Part shown: in pieces, positions 49,433 through 60,100 of the stretch
How the letters are laid out: every line of letters starts with the position of its first letter
How positions within the stretch are numbered: the first letter of the stretch is position 1
From: Bacteroidota bacterium
GTDB taxonomy: Bacteria; Bacteroidota; Ignavibacteria; UBA10030; UBA8401
Assembly: GCA_021796275.1 (NCBI GenBank)
Contig: JAJYOI010000002.1
Coordinates: 9,302 to 73,301, forward strand
Direction: 5' to 3'
Length of the DNA: 64,000 bases
Made by a program: the position numbers and the translations under genes
The notes under the pieces: generated by a model
What the model saw: only the letters and a program-made list of their open reading frames with translations
What the model was told of the DNA's origin: nothing
The model's database searches: none

Positions 49433-49596
49433 TGGTGAAATCAGCATACCAAATATAGGAATTTTTCTATTATAATTCATTCTCATGGTTTCAATGCGCT
49501 TTTCCAGGAATGGGCGCTTCTTTCACATCAAAAGGTAAATTGTTATCTTTCGACGGATAGAATCTTCCGTACAAACTTTCATGCAGGAGTAACACC

Positions 49597-50244
49597 ATGG
49601 CAAAAACTACTGACTGGGCGAAAGCATTTCAGCCGCTTCTCAAGAAGTACACGAAGAGGAAGCATCCTCTCGACTATAAGAATCGGTACCAGCTTGTTGT
49701 CATGATTATACTGGCGGCACAGAGTTCCGACAAGGCGATTAACGATCTGGCGCCGGCGTTGTTCAATACCTATCCGACATTCGAAGCTCTTTCCAAAGCT
49801 TCTCCTGAGGATTTATTCCCCTATATTAACAGCGTTAGAAATTTCGGTAACAAAGCGAAATGGCTGGTTGAACTTGCCCGTGCAGTTGGCGCTGAGGAAA
49901 ATATTCCAGCGACGATGGACACACTGACAGAGCTTCCCGGCATTGGACGCAAATCTGCAAACGTGATTATCCGGGAAAGCGGTGGAAAAGCGGAAGGCAT
50001 TGTTGTGGATTTGCATGTAATTCGTGTTGTGCCTCGGTTAGGGATTATTCAAAGTGAAAATCCAGCGACTATTGAACGCACGCTCATGGAAATTCTTCCC
50101 CAGAAATATTGGGGCGATATCGGGATGTGCATTTCGTTTCTTGGCAGGGAAATCTGTCGCCCGACGAATCCGAAGTGTGAAGAGTGTGTGATGAACAGTG
50201 TCTGTGATTATTACACATCACAGGGCAAGGGAAAGAAAAAGTGA
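49597..50244 (+). CDS. nth: Endonuclease III (HhH-GPD DNA glycosylase with 4Fe-4S cluster).
   Basis: HhH motif LPGIGRKSANVI and Cys cluster CRPTNPKCEECVMNSVC. Confidence 0.9.
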   Translation: MAKTTDWAKAFQPLLKKYTKRKHPLDYKNRYQLVVMIILAAQSSDKAINDLAPALFNTYPTFEALSKASPEDLFPYINSVRNFGNKAKWLVELARAVGAEENIPATMDTLTELPGIGRKSANVIIRESGGKAEGIVVDLHVIRVVPRLGIIQSENPATIERTLMEILPQKYWGDIGMCISFLGREICRPTNPKCEECVMNSVCDYYTSQGKGKKK

Positions 50245-50307
50245 CGGTGTTGATTACATTCTGAATTTCCGGTTCAGTTGTTTTTTGCGTGAAAGGAAAA
50301 AATACCG

Positions 50308-51279
50308 ATGAAATATAGAACTTTAGGAACAACAACTATCAGCGTCTCAGAAATCAGCCTTGGTTGCTGGACGATGGGGGGCTTGAACTGGGTGAACGGA
50401 GTTCCCAACGGTTGGGCAAACGTAGATGAAAAAGAAATTGCATCTGCGGTTGATTATGCTATTGATCACGGCGTCAATAGCTTTGACACGGCGGATGTTT
50501 ACGGCAACGGCCGTTCCGAACGAATGCTGTCGCGTATTCTCGGGAAACGGACGAGTAACGTGATCATTGCAACGAAGGTCGGACATTTTCCCGGTACTGC
50601 CGAACATGCGTACGATCCGCTTCACATCCGTCATCAATGTGAACAATCGCTGAAGAATCTTTCCCGTGATCATATTGATGTGTACTATTTTCATCACGGT
50701 GATTTCGGCAAGAGCGATAGATATCTTGACGACGCAGTGGCAGTGATTCAGCAATTGAAGAAGGAGGGGAAGATCCGTGCGATCGGACAGTCGGCATATT
50801 CGAACGAAGATTTTCTGCGCGTTGTTCCGAAAGTAAATCCGGATGTTTTGCAGAGTTCTGCCAGCGTAATGGACGACCATTATATTGCCGACGGTTCACC
50901 GGTGAGAAAGTTGTTGGAAGAAAGAAAAATGTCGTTCATCGCTTTCGGCCCGCTTGGACAGGGGTTGCTTTTGGGAAAATATTCGAAATCACACCCGCCG
51001 AAGTTTGAACCGGGTGATCATCGTGCAAACGCGCCCCGCTTCTCACAGGATAATCTGGCGAAGCTGGAACCGAAGTTGCAGCGCCTAAAAGAAAAGTTTA
51101 GTACTCAGCCGGAACATCTTGCGCGTGCGGCGTTGCAATACTTGCTCCATTATAAAGTTGTGGGGGCGGTGATTCCGGGATTTCGTAATCTTGCACAGGT
51201 GAAGGTGAATCTCAGCGCAGCGGACAACCCTTTGACGGAAGAGGAATTCGCATTCATCAAAACAGCGTTTGCCTCATAA
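50308..51279 (+). CDS. Aldo/keto reductase family oxidoreductase.
   Basis: LGCWTMGG, DTADVYGNGRSE and IAFGPLGQG motifs. Confidence 0.85.
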   Translation: MKYRTLGTTTISVSEISLGCWTMGGLNWVNGVPNGWANVDEKEIASAVDYAIDHGVNSFDTADVYGNGRSERMLSRILGKRTSNVIIATKVGHFPGTAEHAYDPLHIRHQCEQSLKNLSRDHIDVYYFHHGDFGKSDRYLDDAVAVIQQLKKEGKIRAIGQSAYSNEDFLRVVPKVNPDVLQSSASVMDDHYIADGSPVRKLLEERKMSFIAFGPLGQGLLLGKYSKSHPPKFEPGDHRANAPRFSQDNLAKLEPKLQRLKEKFSTQPEHLARAALQYLLHYKVVGAVIPGFRNLAQVKVNLSAADNPLTEEEFAFIKTAFAS

Positions 51280-51373
51280 ATAAAAGGCACGACGGCAGGA
51301 AATTTTTATTTCCCCTAGAAATAATCTGTTGACAACTGTCTGGTCGCACCGGCGAAAATTGTTCAACCGCTTT

Positions 51374-52459
51374 TTATTTTTCCACGCGAATAATATTTGC
51401 TATCCCGCCCGCAAAGAAAAGAATATTTGCTAACCACGCGGTGAGCATCGGGTTAAGATCTCCGTTATAGCCGAACACTTCGCTCATTTTCATAAAAGAA
51501 AGATAGACAAAGCATACCGCGACAGAAATGCCGAATTGCACCGCAAGTCCGCCGCGTCTTTTTCCGTAGGAGAATGGAACTCCGAACAAAACCACAATGA
51601 AACTCGCAAACGGGAAAGAAATTTTACTGTAAAAATCAACTGCCCAGCGGGCAACATCATTTCCCGCGCGCTGTTGGTTCGTGATGAATTGTTTCAGCTC
51701 GAAATAATTCATTTCATCCGGTTTGTCTTGTTTCTTCACGATGTCTGTAGGTGCGAAATGAAGTCCGTCGAGTTGTAAAGTCAAAAACGGATGCACGATC
51801 TCTTTCTTGTCCTTGAAAACCCGTTCGTCGCCGCTGATGAGAATCCACGACGCTGTTGCAGCGTTCCACCTGATCTGATGGGCATCGTATCTGTCAGCAA
51901 TACTGATGAGGTTTGTGTCGCTGAAATCCTGTACTGAAACGCGCGTGCCCATGTTCGTTGCGCCATCGAAGAAGCCGATGTACACGATGCGTTTGGATCC
52001 ATCCTGCAAATAAATATTTGAGCGCGCGGTAATTTCGAAATTCTGCTGCAAGTACACTTGCTCGATACGGTATTTGTGTTGGTTGGCGTACGGCACAACC
52101 CAGCCATTGAAATACACCGAGACCGCGCTGATAGTGAATGCAAGAATCAGCATCGGTGCCATATACCGATACATGCTCACTCCGCTTGCTTTGATTGCCG
52201 TCAGCTCATTATTGTTGGAAAGTCTTCCGGTTGTGAATAAACTGGAAAGCAAAAGGCCGACCGGAGTCATGAGCTTGATGATTTCAGGAATGAACGCGAT
52301 GTAATATTGAACAATGACCATGACATCGGCTTTTCTATCGAGAAAATCATCCAGCTTTTCCATCAAGTCGATGATGACAAAAATTGCCGTGAATGCAATC
52401 AAGCCGAAAAGCGCAGTGAGCAGGAATTGTTTCGTGACAAGCCGGTCAATAATTTTCAT
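51374..52459 (-). CDS. lptG: LptF/LptG-family permease (YjgP/YjgQ), probably LptG.
   Basis: 361 aa. N-terminal 3 TM, periplasmic beta-jellyroll, C-terminal 3 TM. Overlaps the upstream partner gene by 14 nt. Confidence 0.75.
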   Translation of the reverse strand: MKIIDRLVTKQFLLTALFGLIAFTAIFVIIDLMEKLDDFLDRKADVMVIVQYYIAFIPEIIKLMTPVGLLLSSLFTTGRLSNNNELTAIKASGVSMYRYMAPMLILAFTISAVSVYFNGWVVPYANQHKYRIEQVYLQQNFEITARSNIYLQDGSKRIVYIGFFDGATNMGTRVSVQDFSDTNLISIADRYDAHQIRWNAATASWILISGDERVFKDKKEIVHPFLTLQLDGLHFAPTDIVKKQDKPDEMNYFELKQFITNQQRAGNDVARWAVDFYSKISFPFASFIVVLFGVPFSYGKRRGGLAVQFGISVAVCFVYLSFMKMSEVFGYNGDLNPMLTAWLANILFFAGGIANIIRVEK

Positions 52460-53837
52460 CGCGGAGAGGTTTTTTGTGAGCGAGCCGGAATAGAAAATCT
52501 TTCAAACGTTTCCACCAATCCAGTTGCATTTCGATATTCCCGTGTCCCATGCGAATGGTGAGGAAAATCCCCAGGATGCCGATGACAATGTTTGCGATCC
52601 ACATTCCGAGCCACGGTTGAATGAATTCGCGGTCGGCGAGTTTTTCTCCGCCAATGAGTGATGCCCAGTACACGAGGAAAAATCCGAGGCTGAGCGATGC
52701 CGCCATGCCGAAACCTCCGCGACGGGACATGACGCCTAACGGCGCTCCGACGAGAACGAAAACAAGACATGCCACCGGAATCGAATATTTTTTGTGGATC
52801 TCAACCATGTATTCACGAATGTTAGTGTCTTTATCACGCAGATTGAGATATTCCATCTCAAGCATGTTGCGGAACATCATCAGACGGCTGCCAATGGTAG
52901 TGTATAAATTGATTTGATTCCATACCGCAGCTTCCGGTGATGTCGGCGGGACGGAACCGCGAAGCAGTTCGTCGTTCAATCCTTCATTCAAGACTCTGAT
53001 GTGTTTTTCTATTTTGGTTTTCTCTGTACGAAGACTGTCCACGATGTAGCGCATTTCGCCGGCGCTCAATTCGCGCTGCCCGCGGCTGAAAGCATTTTCC
53101 GATGAGCGTTCAAAATCAAATCCTTCTGCTCTTGTCACAAGCCGCTGCTGTTGAAATTTGATGATCCGGTATGACTGAAAATCCGTCGTGTTCAGTTGGT
53201 GTATCTCTCCGTCGTACAAATCCATGATCAAATTTCGGTAATCCGGAGAAAAAGAAAGGACACCGTGCCGTGCCGAGATCATCACATTTTTATTCGGGTC
53301 GGTGTCATCGTAGATGATGACGCCTTCCAGATCGTTTGAGTTGGCGAATGTTTTGCGAACGAGAATGCTGTAGCCGGGCAGATCTTGCGAGAAGAGGCCG
53401 GGCACCAGTGTGAACGTCGGTTTTTTCCTGCGGATATCCTGCATCAAAGTCTTCAACCGATGATTTGCTTCAGGAAGGACTTTGTTGTTGAACTCCACCA
53501 TCGAATAGGTGATGGCAAGTGCGGCGATGAGCGCCGGCACCATCATTCTATAAAGACTGATGCCGCCGGCTTTCATTGCGGTCACTTCGCTGTTCGAGCT
53601 CAATCCGCCGAATGCCATCAGCGTTGCGACAAGCACAGCCATTGGTACGGCAAGTACGACCATCCACGCAAGATTGAGCAGCACCAATTCGATGATGACC
53701 GCACCGCTCAATCCTTTGCCGACAAGCTGGTCCATGAATTTCATTACGAATTGGAGAATAAAGAGGAACATCATAATGCAGAATGAACCGATGAAAGGGG
53801 CAACATGAGCGCGGAGAATATGGCGGAAAACAATCAT
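52446..53837 (-). CDS. lptF: LptF/LptG-family permease, probably LptF.
   Basis: 463 aa with the same architecture (LSSNSEVTAMKAGGISLYRM). Confidence 0.75.
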   Translation of the reverse strand: MIVFRHILRAHVAPFIGSFCIMMFLFILQFVMKFMDQLVGKGLSGAVIIELVLLNLAWMVVLAVPMAVLVATLMAFGGLSSNSEVTAMKAGGISLYRMMVPALIAALAITYSMVEFNNKVLPEANHRLKTLMQDIRRKKPTFTLVPGLFSQDLPGYSILVRKTFANSNDLEGVIIYDDTDPNKNVMISARHGVLSFSPDYRNLIMDLYDGEIHQLNTTDFQSYRIIKFQQQRLVTRAEGFDFERSSENAFSRGQRELSAGEMRYIVDSLRTEKTKIEKHIRVLNEGLNDELLRGSVPPTSPEAAVWNQINLYTTIGSRLMMFRNMLEMEYLNLRDKDTNIREYMVEIHKKYSIPVACLVFVLVGAPLGVMSRRGGFGMAASLSLGFFLVYWASLIGGEKLADREFIQPWLGMWIANIVIGILGIFLTIRMGHGNIEMQLDWWKRLKDFLFRLAHKKPLRDENY

Positions 53838-54102
53838 AGTTGAATATACACACAGAGCGACTTTTTTCCAAAGAGGAGAAATGCTATTGCAATTCTTTCT
53901 TCTTTTTTCTACCTTTACTTCAACATTTCATGGTATCCCACGATAACTTGGAGAACAGTCAAGAAGATTTGATACGTGCTTTTCATGAAGAGATGCGTGA
54001 CGACATTTTCCGAAGTTCATAGAGTTCGTTCACGATTTTCCGCGCACGCAATAGCGTGGTTTTCAACGTAAGTGCGGTTGACTGTTTTTCTCAATTCTTG
54101 TA

Positions 54103-57100
54103 GTGATCTTTCATAATCTGACATTCTTCCGACGTTTTTTTTCTGCCCGATGGAATCATCAAGGAGGAAGCGCCGTCCTTTTTATTCTCTCGATAGCTGG
54201 CGCGGGTCTTACCGGATTTTCAATGATGAAACCGAACGAGCCGCCTGTTGCGTATTCAGCCGGTGCGTATGCGCCAGCCGTGATGAGCTTTGCCGATCCG
54301 GATTCAACACTGCCAACCGGAAAACTTTCACGCCGTGCTCTTGCGCGTTTGAGCGGTGCCGGGTCTGTTGATACAAGCTCGAATTTTTCTTCCATTGATA
54401 CCGCTGCGTTGAGGCGCGCGGCTTTACTGCCTCGCGATTCGACCGCGCGTCTTGCTCAATTTTTGTACCATCGGGAAGATTCGCCCGTTGCGCCGATGTT
54501 CCAACCTCACATTTATTCTCTTTTCCTTAAACCTCCGCCAATTCTTATGCATGAGGTTCAATTGGATTCGACAGGGCAGTACGTCATCATTCGTGAAACG
54601 GTGGACGGCAAGGACGTGAGAATTCCGTTGAAAGTTCCGCTCAAAGAATACATCGAGCAACGATTTTTGTACGAGGAGCGGAAATATTTTGAAGACGAGG
54701 TCCATAAATTTGAAGCGATAAAGAAGAGCGATGAATTAGGTGAACTGTTGGGTTCATTCACCAATATTGATATTCCGATTCCTGCGAATCCTGTGTTCAG
54801 TATTTTCGGACCGCCGCGCATTAATCTTCACATCTCTGGTGCTGTTGATATTACGGCGGCATTTCGTAACACGGTAACCGATCAATCAACGCTTTCGGCA
54901 CTCGGCAATTCGCGGAACGAACCGGATTTTAAGCAAGACGTGCAGATCAACATCAGCGGCACAATCGGCGATAAACTGAATATTCTTGCGGACTGGAATA
55001 CACAGCGGACGTTCGAGTACGAAAATCAGCTTCACATTAAATACACCGGCTATGATGATGAAATTATTCATAGTGTGGAAGCGGGAAACGTTTCGCTGCC
55101 GACCAGTTCACAGTTTATCTCCCCAAGCGCCGCCTTGTTCGGCATAAAGACGGAAATGCAATTTGGCCAGTTGAAGCTGGTTTCTATCGCATCACAAAAG
55201 AAAGGACAAATCAAAGAACTGACGGTGTCCGGCGGAACACAGACAGTGCCGTTTGAGATTCATGCATACCAATATTCCCGCGATCATTATTTTCTCGACA
55301 CAAGCTACGCTCCATTGTTCGAACAATATTATCAAACGTATGTAACCGATTCGCGCAAACACATTTCAGATTGCGAAGTGTATGTTACACACGTGAATCT
55401 TGATCCGCAAAACTCCGTACAAGCGAGCGCGTGGGCGTATCTTCCCGCTCTTGCAGATTCGGCTGTGTACCAACAATTGAAGGATCCGAACTTCCAGAAT
55501 TCTCAGCAGGCAAGCAACATGATCAATAATGGAGAACTTGCCGTAGGGCGCTGGGACAAACTCGTTCCGGGCCAGGATTATATTCTCCATGAATATACCG
55601 GCTACATTACGTTGAACCGTTCCGTTCCCGACAATCAAGCAATTGCCGTGGCGTACCGTGTTGATAATGGACCGGGGACTGCGGACGATTCTGTGTATGG
55701 TGTGTTGACAAGCGTGAAAAGTTCTCAGGATTCTATTCTTGTTTTGAAACTGATCCGTCCTGTAAATTTAATTCCACGATACACAGTTGCGTGGAAGTTG
55801 ATGCTGAAGAATATTTATTCGCTCGGCGGGCGCAACATCAAGCCGGATGGGTTCCAACTTGATATTAAGTACAAGCTTTCCGGGCAGGACCCTGTTTCGG
55901 AAATTGACGGAACAAGGCTGCTGAAGATTTTCGGCTTTGATAAAGTGAAAGCCGATGGATCGGCAGGCTCAGACAACGTGTTCGATTATAATCCCGGAGT
56001 TACGATTGACGAGAACCGCGGCGAGGTCATTTTTCCTTCGACAGAGCCTTTTAGAAAAACCCTTCAGCAGTTTTTTAGCAGCGAAGGGAAGCCTGCATTG
56101 GCGGACTCATTTACGTATCCGGATATCTATGACACGACGATGATTGCCGCCCAGAACAATCCTTCGCGCGATCGTTTTATCATTACAGGGCAAACCACAG
56201 CAGGAAGCTCCAACACCTATAATCTTGGATTCAATATTGTCGAAGGAAGCGTGCAAGTCATTCTCAACGGTAATCCGATGAAGCAGAATATTGATTACAC
56301 CGTTGATTACATTACCGGCCAGGTGATTATCAAAAATCAAGCTGCGCTCGTGCCGGGGGCAAACCTACAGATCAAATATGAGCAGAACGATTTATTTCAA
56401 CTTGCTTCGAAAACACTGTTAGGTACGCGCGGCGATTTTAATTTTTCCGATAAGACCGGTTTAGGCTTTACAGTGATGAACTTGAATCAGCAAACGCTTA
56501 GCGACAAAGTGCGGCTGGGCGAGGAGCCGACCAACAACACAATTTTTGGCATTGATGGACACACGTCGCTTGATTTGCCGTTTCTCACAAAAGCGATAGA
56601 TGCGCTGCCGCTTGTTTCTACGAAAGCGCCATCGAATATCAGTTTACGCAGCGAAGCGGCATACATGTCGCCAAATCCAAATACAAAGGTAAGCTTGATT
56701 GCGAGCGATAACGGAAAAGGCGTTGCATATATTGACGACTTTGAAGGAGCAAAGCGCATCATTCCGCTCGGTGTTGGTTACGGTCAATGGCACGATCTCA
56801 GTGTGCCGGCGTTTATGGATGGAGTGGATCCGCTAAACGGCACTCCAATTCCCGACACAACGAAAATGTTTTCGAAGGCAAAGACGTACTGGTACAATAT
56901 TTTACCAAGCGATGTGGTTATAACAGATATCTGGCCGTTGAAACAAGCCGCGGTAGATCAGCAGCAAGTCACTGTCATGAATGTAGAATATGATCCGCGC
57001 ACACGCGGAGAATACAATTATTCGATGAATCTTAGCCGCAATTTTGGCGCACACGCATCGGCGGACACGGTAAAACAAAACTGGGGAGGAATGATGAAGC

Positions 57101-60100
57101 TCGTTTCTTCCGGTGTTGTGAACTTGGTGCAGGAAAACATCGGCTACATTGAGCTGTGGGTGGAAGCGAATCCCGCGGTATTGGATTCGACAAAAAAGAT
57201 GTACATCGACCTTGGTGAAATCAGTGAGGATGTGATACCAAACCGCACACTTAATACGGAAGAAGGAATTGTTCACACGGGACTTGTTACTGCCGAGCGC
57301 GACAGAGGTTTGGACGGGTTAACGGATGATGATGAACGTTCTGTCTATGCACAATTCATCGCTGCGAATCAAACTGCTTTTCCCGATATCTCATCAGATC
57401 CATCGGGCGATGATTATCAGCCTGCCAATATCGGCAGCGGTGACTATCGTTTTGTTAATGGGACAGAAGGAAACAGAAATAGTGAAATTGGCAGATTCCC
57501 CGATACAGAAGATTTGAACGGCAACAACGTTCTCGATTTGAACAATAGTTATTTCGAATATGAAGTGAACCTCGACACCAACGCTGTAAATTTACAGCGC
57601 GTCGGCGGCGGGCACAAAGATAAATACGGGCTTGCCTGGTACCAATACCGGATTCCGATTAATGAGTTCAAACGTAAAGTCGGCTCGCCCGATCTTTCTG
57701 TGATTGAATATGTGCGTGTATGGTTCAAGGGCTTCGATCAGCCGCAGCTTCTTCGTATCACAGAATTTAATCTTGTCGGCAATCAATGGGAAGTTCAGAA
57801 ACGCACACCATCGGACAGCACGCTCGCTGTCAGCGTGGTCAGCATTGAAGACAATCCCACAACATACAGCAGTCCGCCGGGAGTCAATCGTGCAGTGGAC
57901 AGGACACAGACAACGCAGTCCTCGCAGACGATTCTTCAAAACGAACAGTCGCTTTCGCTCGTTCTCAATGGACTTCAGGATGGCGACAGCCGTCAGGCGA
58001 TTAAACGATTCTCATATCGACCGCTTGATTTGTTCAGTTATCGTGAAATGAGAATGTTTGTTCATGGTGATGAGGGACCGCCGCTCACACCCAATAAACG
58101 TTTCTCCGATGATCCGAATAATCCCGATGCTTATCTTTTTGTCCGGTTCGGTTCCGATAGTTTGAATTATTATGAGTACCGCGAACCGGTTTTGCCCGGG
58201 TGGAGTCTCGACAATACCATCAACATTACGTTCACGGACCTTACGGCAATTAAACAAGGACGTGATTCAACGAACCAGCTTGTGACGGTGGCGGCACGCA
58301 ATGGTCCGCCAGGCTCGACGTACAGTGTGCTTGGCAATCCGACACTGACGAACGTTGCATTTATTTCTGTCGGTATTTATAACCCGCCGGGGAAGGGCGT
58401 TAAAGTATTAACCGGTGAAGTTTGGCTTGATGAACTGCGTCTTGCCGATCCGGATAACACGCCGGGATGGGCGTATAGCGTTTCTTCTCAAATTGCATTG
58501 GCTGATATCGGCAGCCTCTCGTTCAATTATCAACAGGTCGATCCGTTTTTCCATCAGCTTGAAAGCCAATTCGGGAGCCGGATCGACAGCAGAACATGGG
58601 GGCTGTCGGCAAACTTTTCATTGGAAAAATTTCTCCCTTCGACATGGACAGGAACATCGCTGCAATTCAGTTACAGCCATCAGGAAGCCGTGAGCAAGCC
58701 GCGGTATTTGCCAAGCTCCGATATTGTTGTCACGAAAGCGGCGGAGCAACAGCAAGCGAACATTGACAGAAGCAAAGGGGAGCTTCCACAGGCGAAAGCG
58801 CGACTTGGACAAATACCGTCGGAACTTGAAAACATCAAATCGCAAATTGATCAAATTTCGTGGAATTCAGCCAATGATAAAAAAACGTACGACTCGTTGA
58901 CCGCCATACAAAACAATTTGATTAACGAGCAAAATAATTTGATTAGAAGGATTTCGAGTTTAGAAAATACAATCGGTACGAATCCAAATGATATCATCAT
59001 TCAATCACAGTCGCTCTCGACGTCGGATACCTATGCGCTTCCCACAATTAAGTTTGTGTTTCCTTCGAACAATTGGTTCATCCGCGATATTATCAATCGG
59101 CTGCAATACGGATTTAACTACACTATTTCGACAATGCGCGATCCCACGACGACATACCGCCAATCGTGGTCATGGGCGACCCGGCTGTCGTACGCTTATC
59201 AGGCAAGTCCCGATCTGTACGTCGCGCCGTTCTCTCTTTTCGGCAGCAATTTTGTTCTTTCAGATTTGAAAGATCTTCATCTTTTCTTCCCGATCACCAG
59301 CATTGGCTTGAATTTTTCTGCCACCCGTTCGCAGACGCATGAGCGATTGCGTTCACAAACACAAGACAGCGACCCGACGCGTGGATTGAGTGCGCAACGT
59401 TCAATGAACTTTAACTGGAAGCTGACGGAGAACGGCTATCTGAATCTTTCCGGAGATTATTCGGTTGACATCGCCAGCACGTTGGTACATCTCGAAATAG
59501 ACCGGTACAAACGCCAGCGCGCATTCGCCGCTATTTTAGGCGATATGTTTTTGAAAGACCAACTCATCAATTTTGGTTATGATTATTCGTATAATCAGAA
59601 CATCAATGTCAACACGCGCCCGCGGCTGCCGGGATTTTTAGGACTGGACAGATATCTGACGTTGTCGTCGCGGTATTCCGTTTCATACCGCTGGTCGAAT
59701 AATCTTCAGCAGGGAGATTTGGGAAAAGGTGCGAGCTGGGGCAACAATATTTCGTTCTCGACTGATCTCAGCTTGAAATCATTTGTCGATACGTGGTTTC
59801 CGTCGCTTCCCACCTCAGCAGAAATAAGTTTGCCTCCGCCGGTTGAACAGCCGTCTCAATCCAACATAGCGCGGTACGGCAGACGCGCTGAAGGATCAAA
59901 TTCCACACAGCCTGCTGTTCGCGACACTGCTCATCCGGTAGTGAGCGACACGACGAAGTCTGCGCAGCCGCCGGATACTGCTGTTGTTGCACCGCCGGTT
60001 CCTCCGAAGAAAAAGATTTCTCCCAAACAAGCATTGATTCAAATTGCGCGGCTGTTCATCAAAACTCCGTTGCTGGATTATGACAAGATCAACGTGACGT

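Noticed and set aside
50347-50880. 177-aa antisense ORF in the aldo/keto reductase gene.
   Set aside because: Embedded antisense with no motifs.
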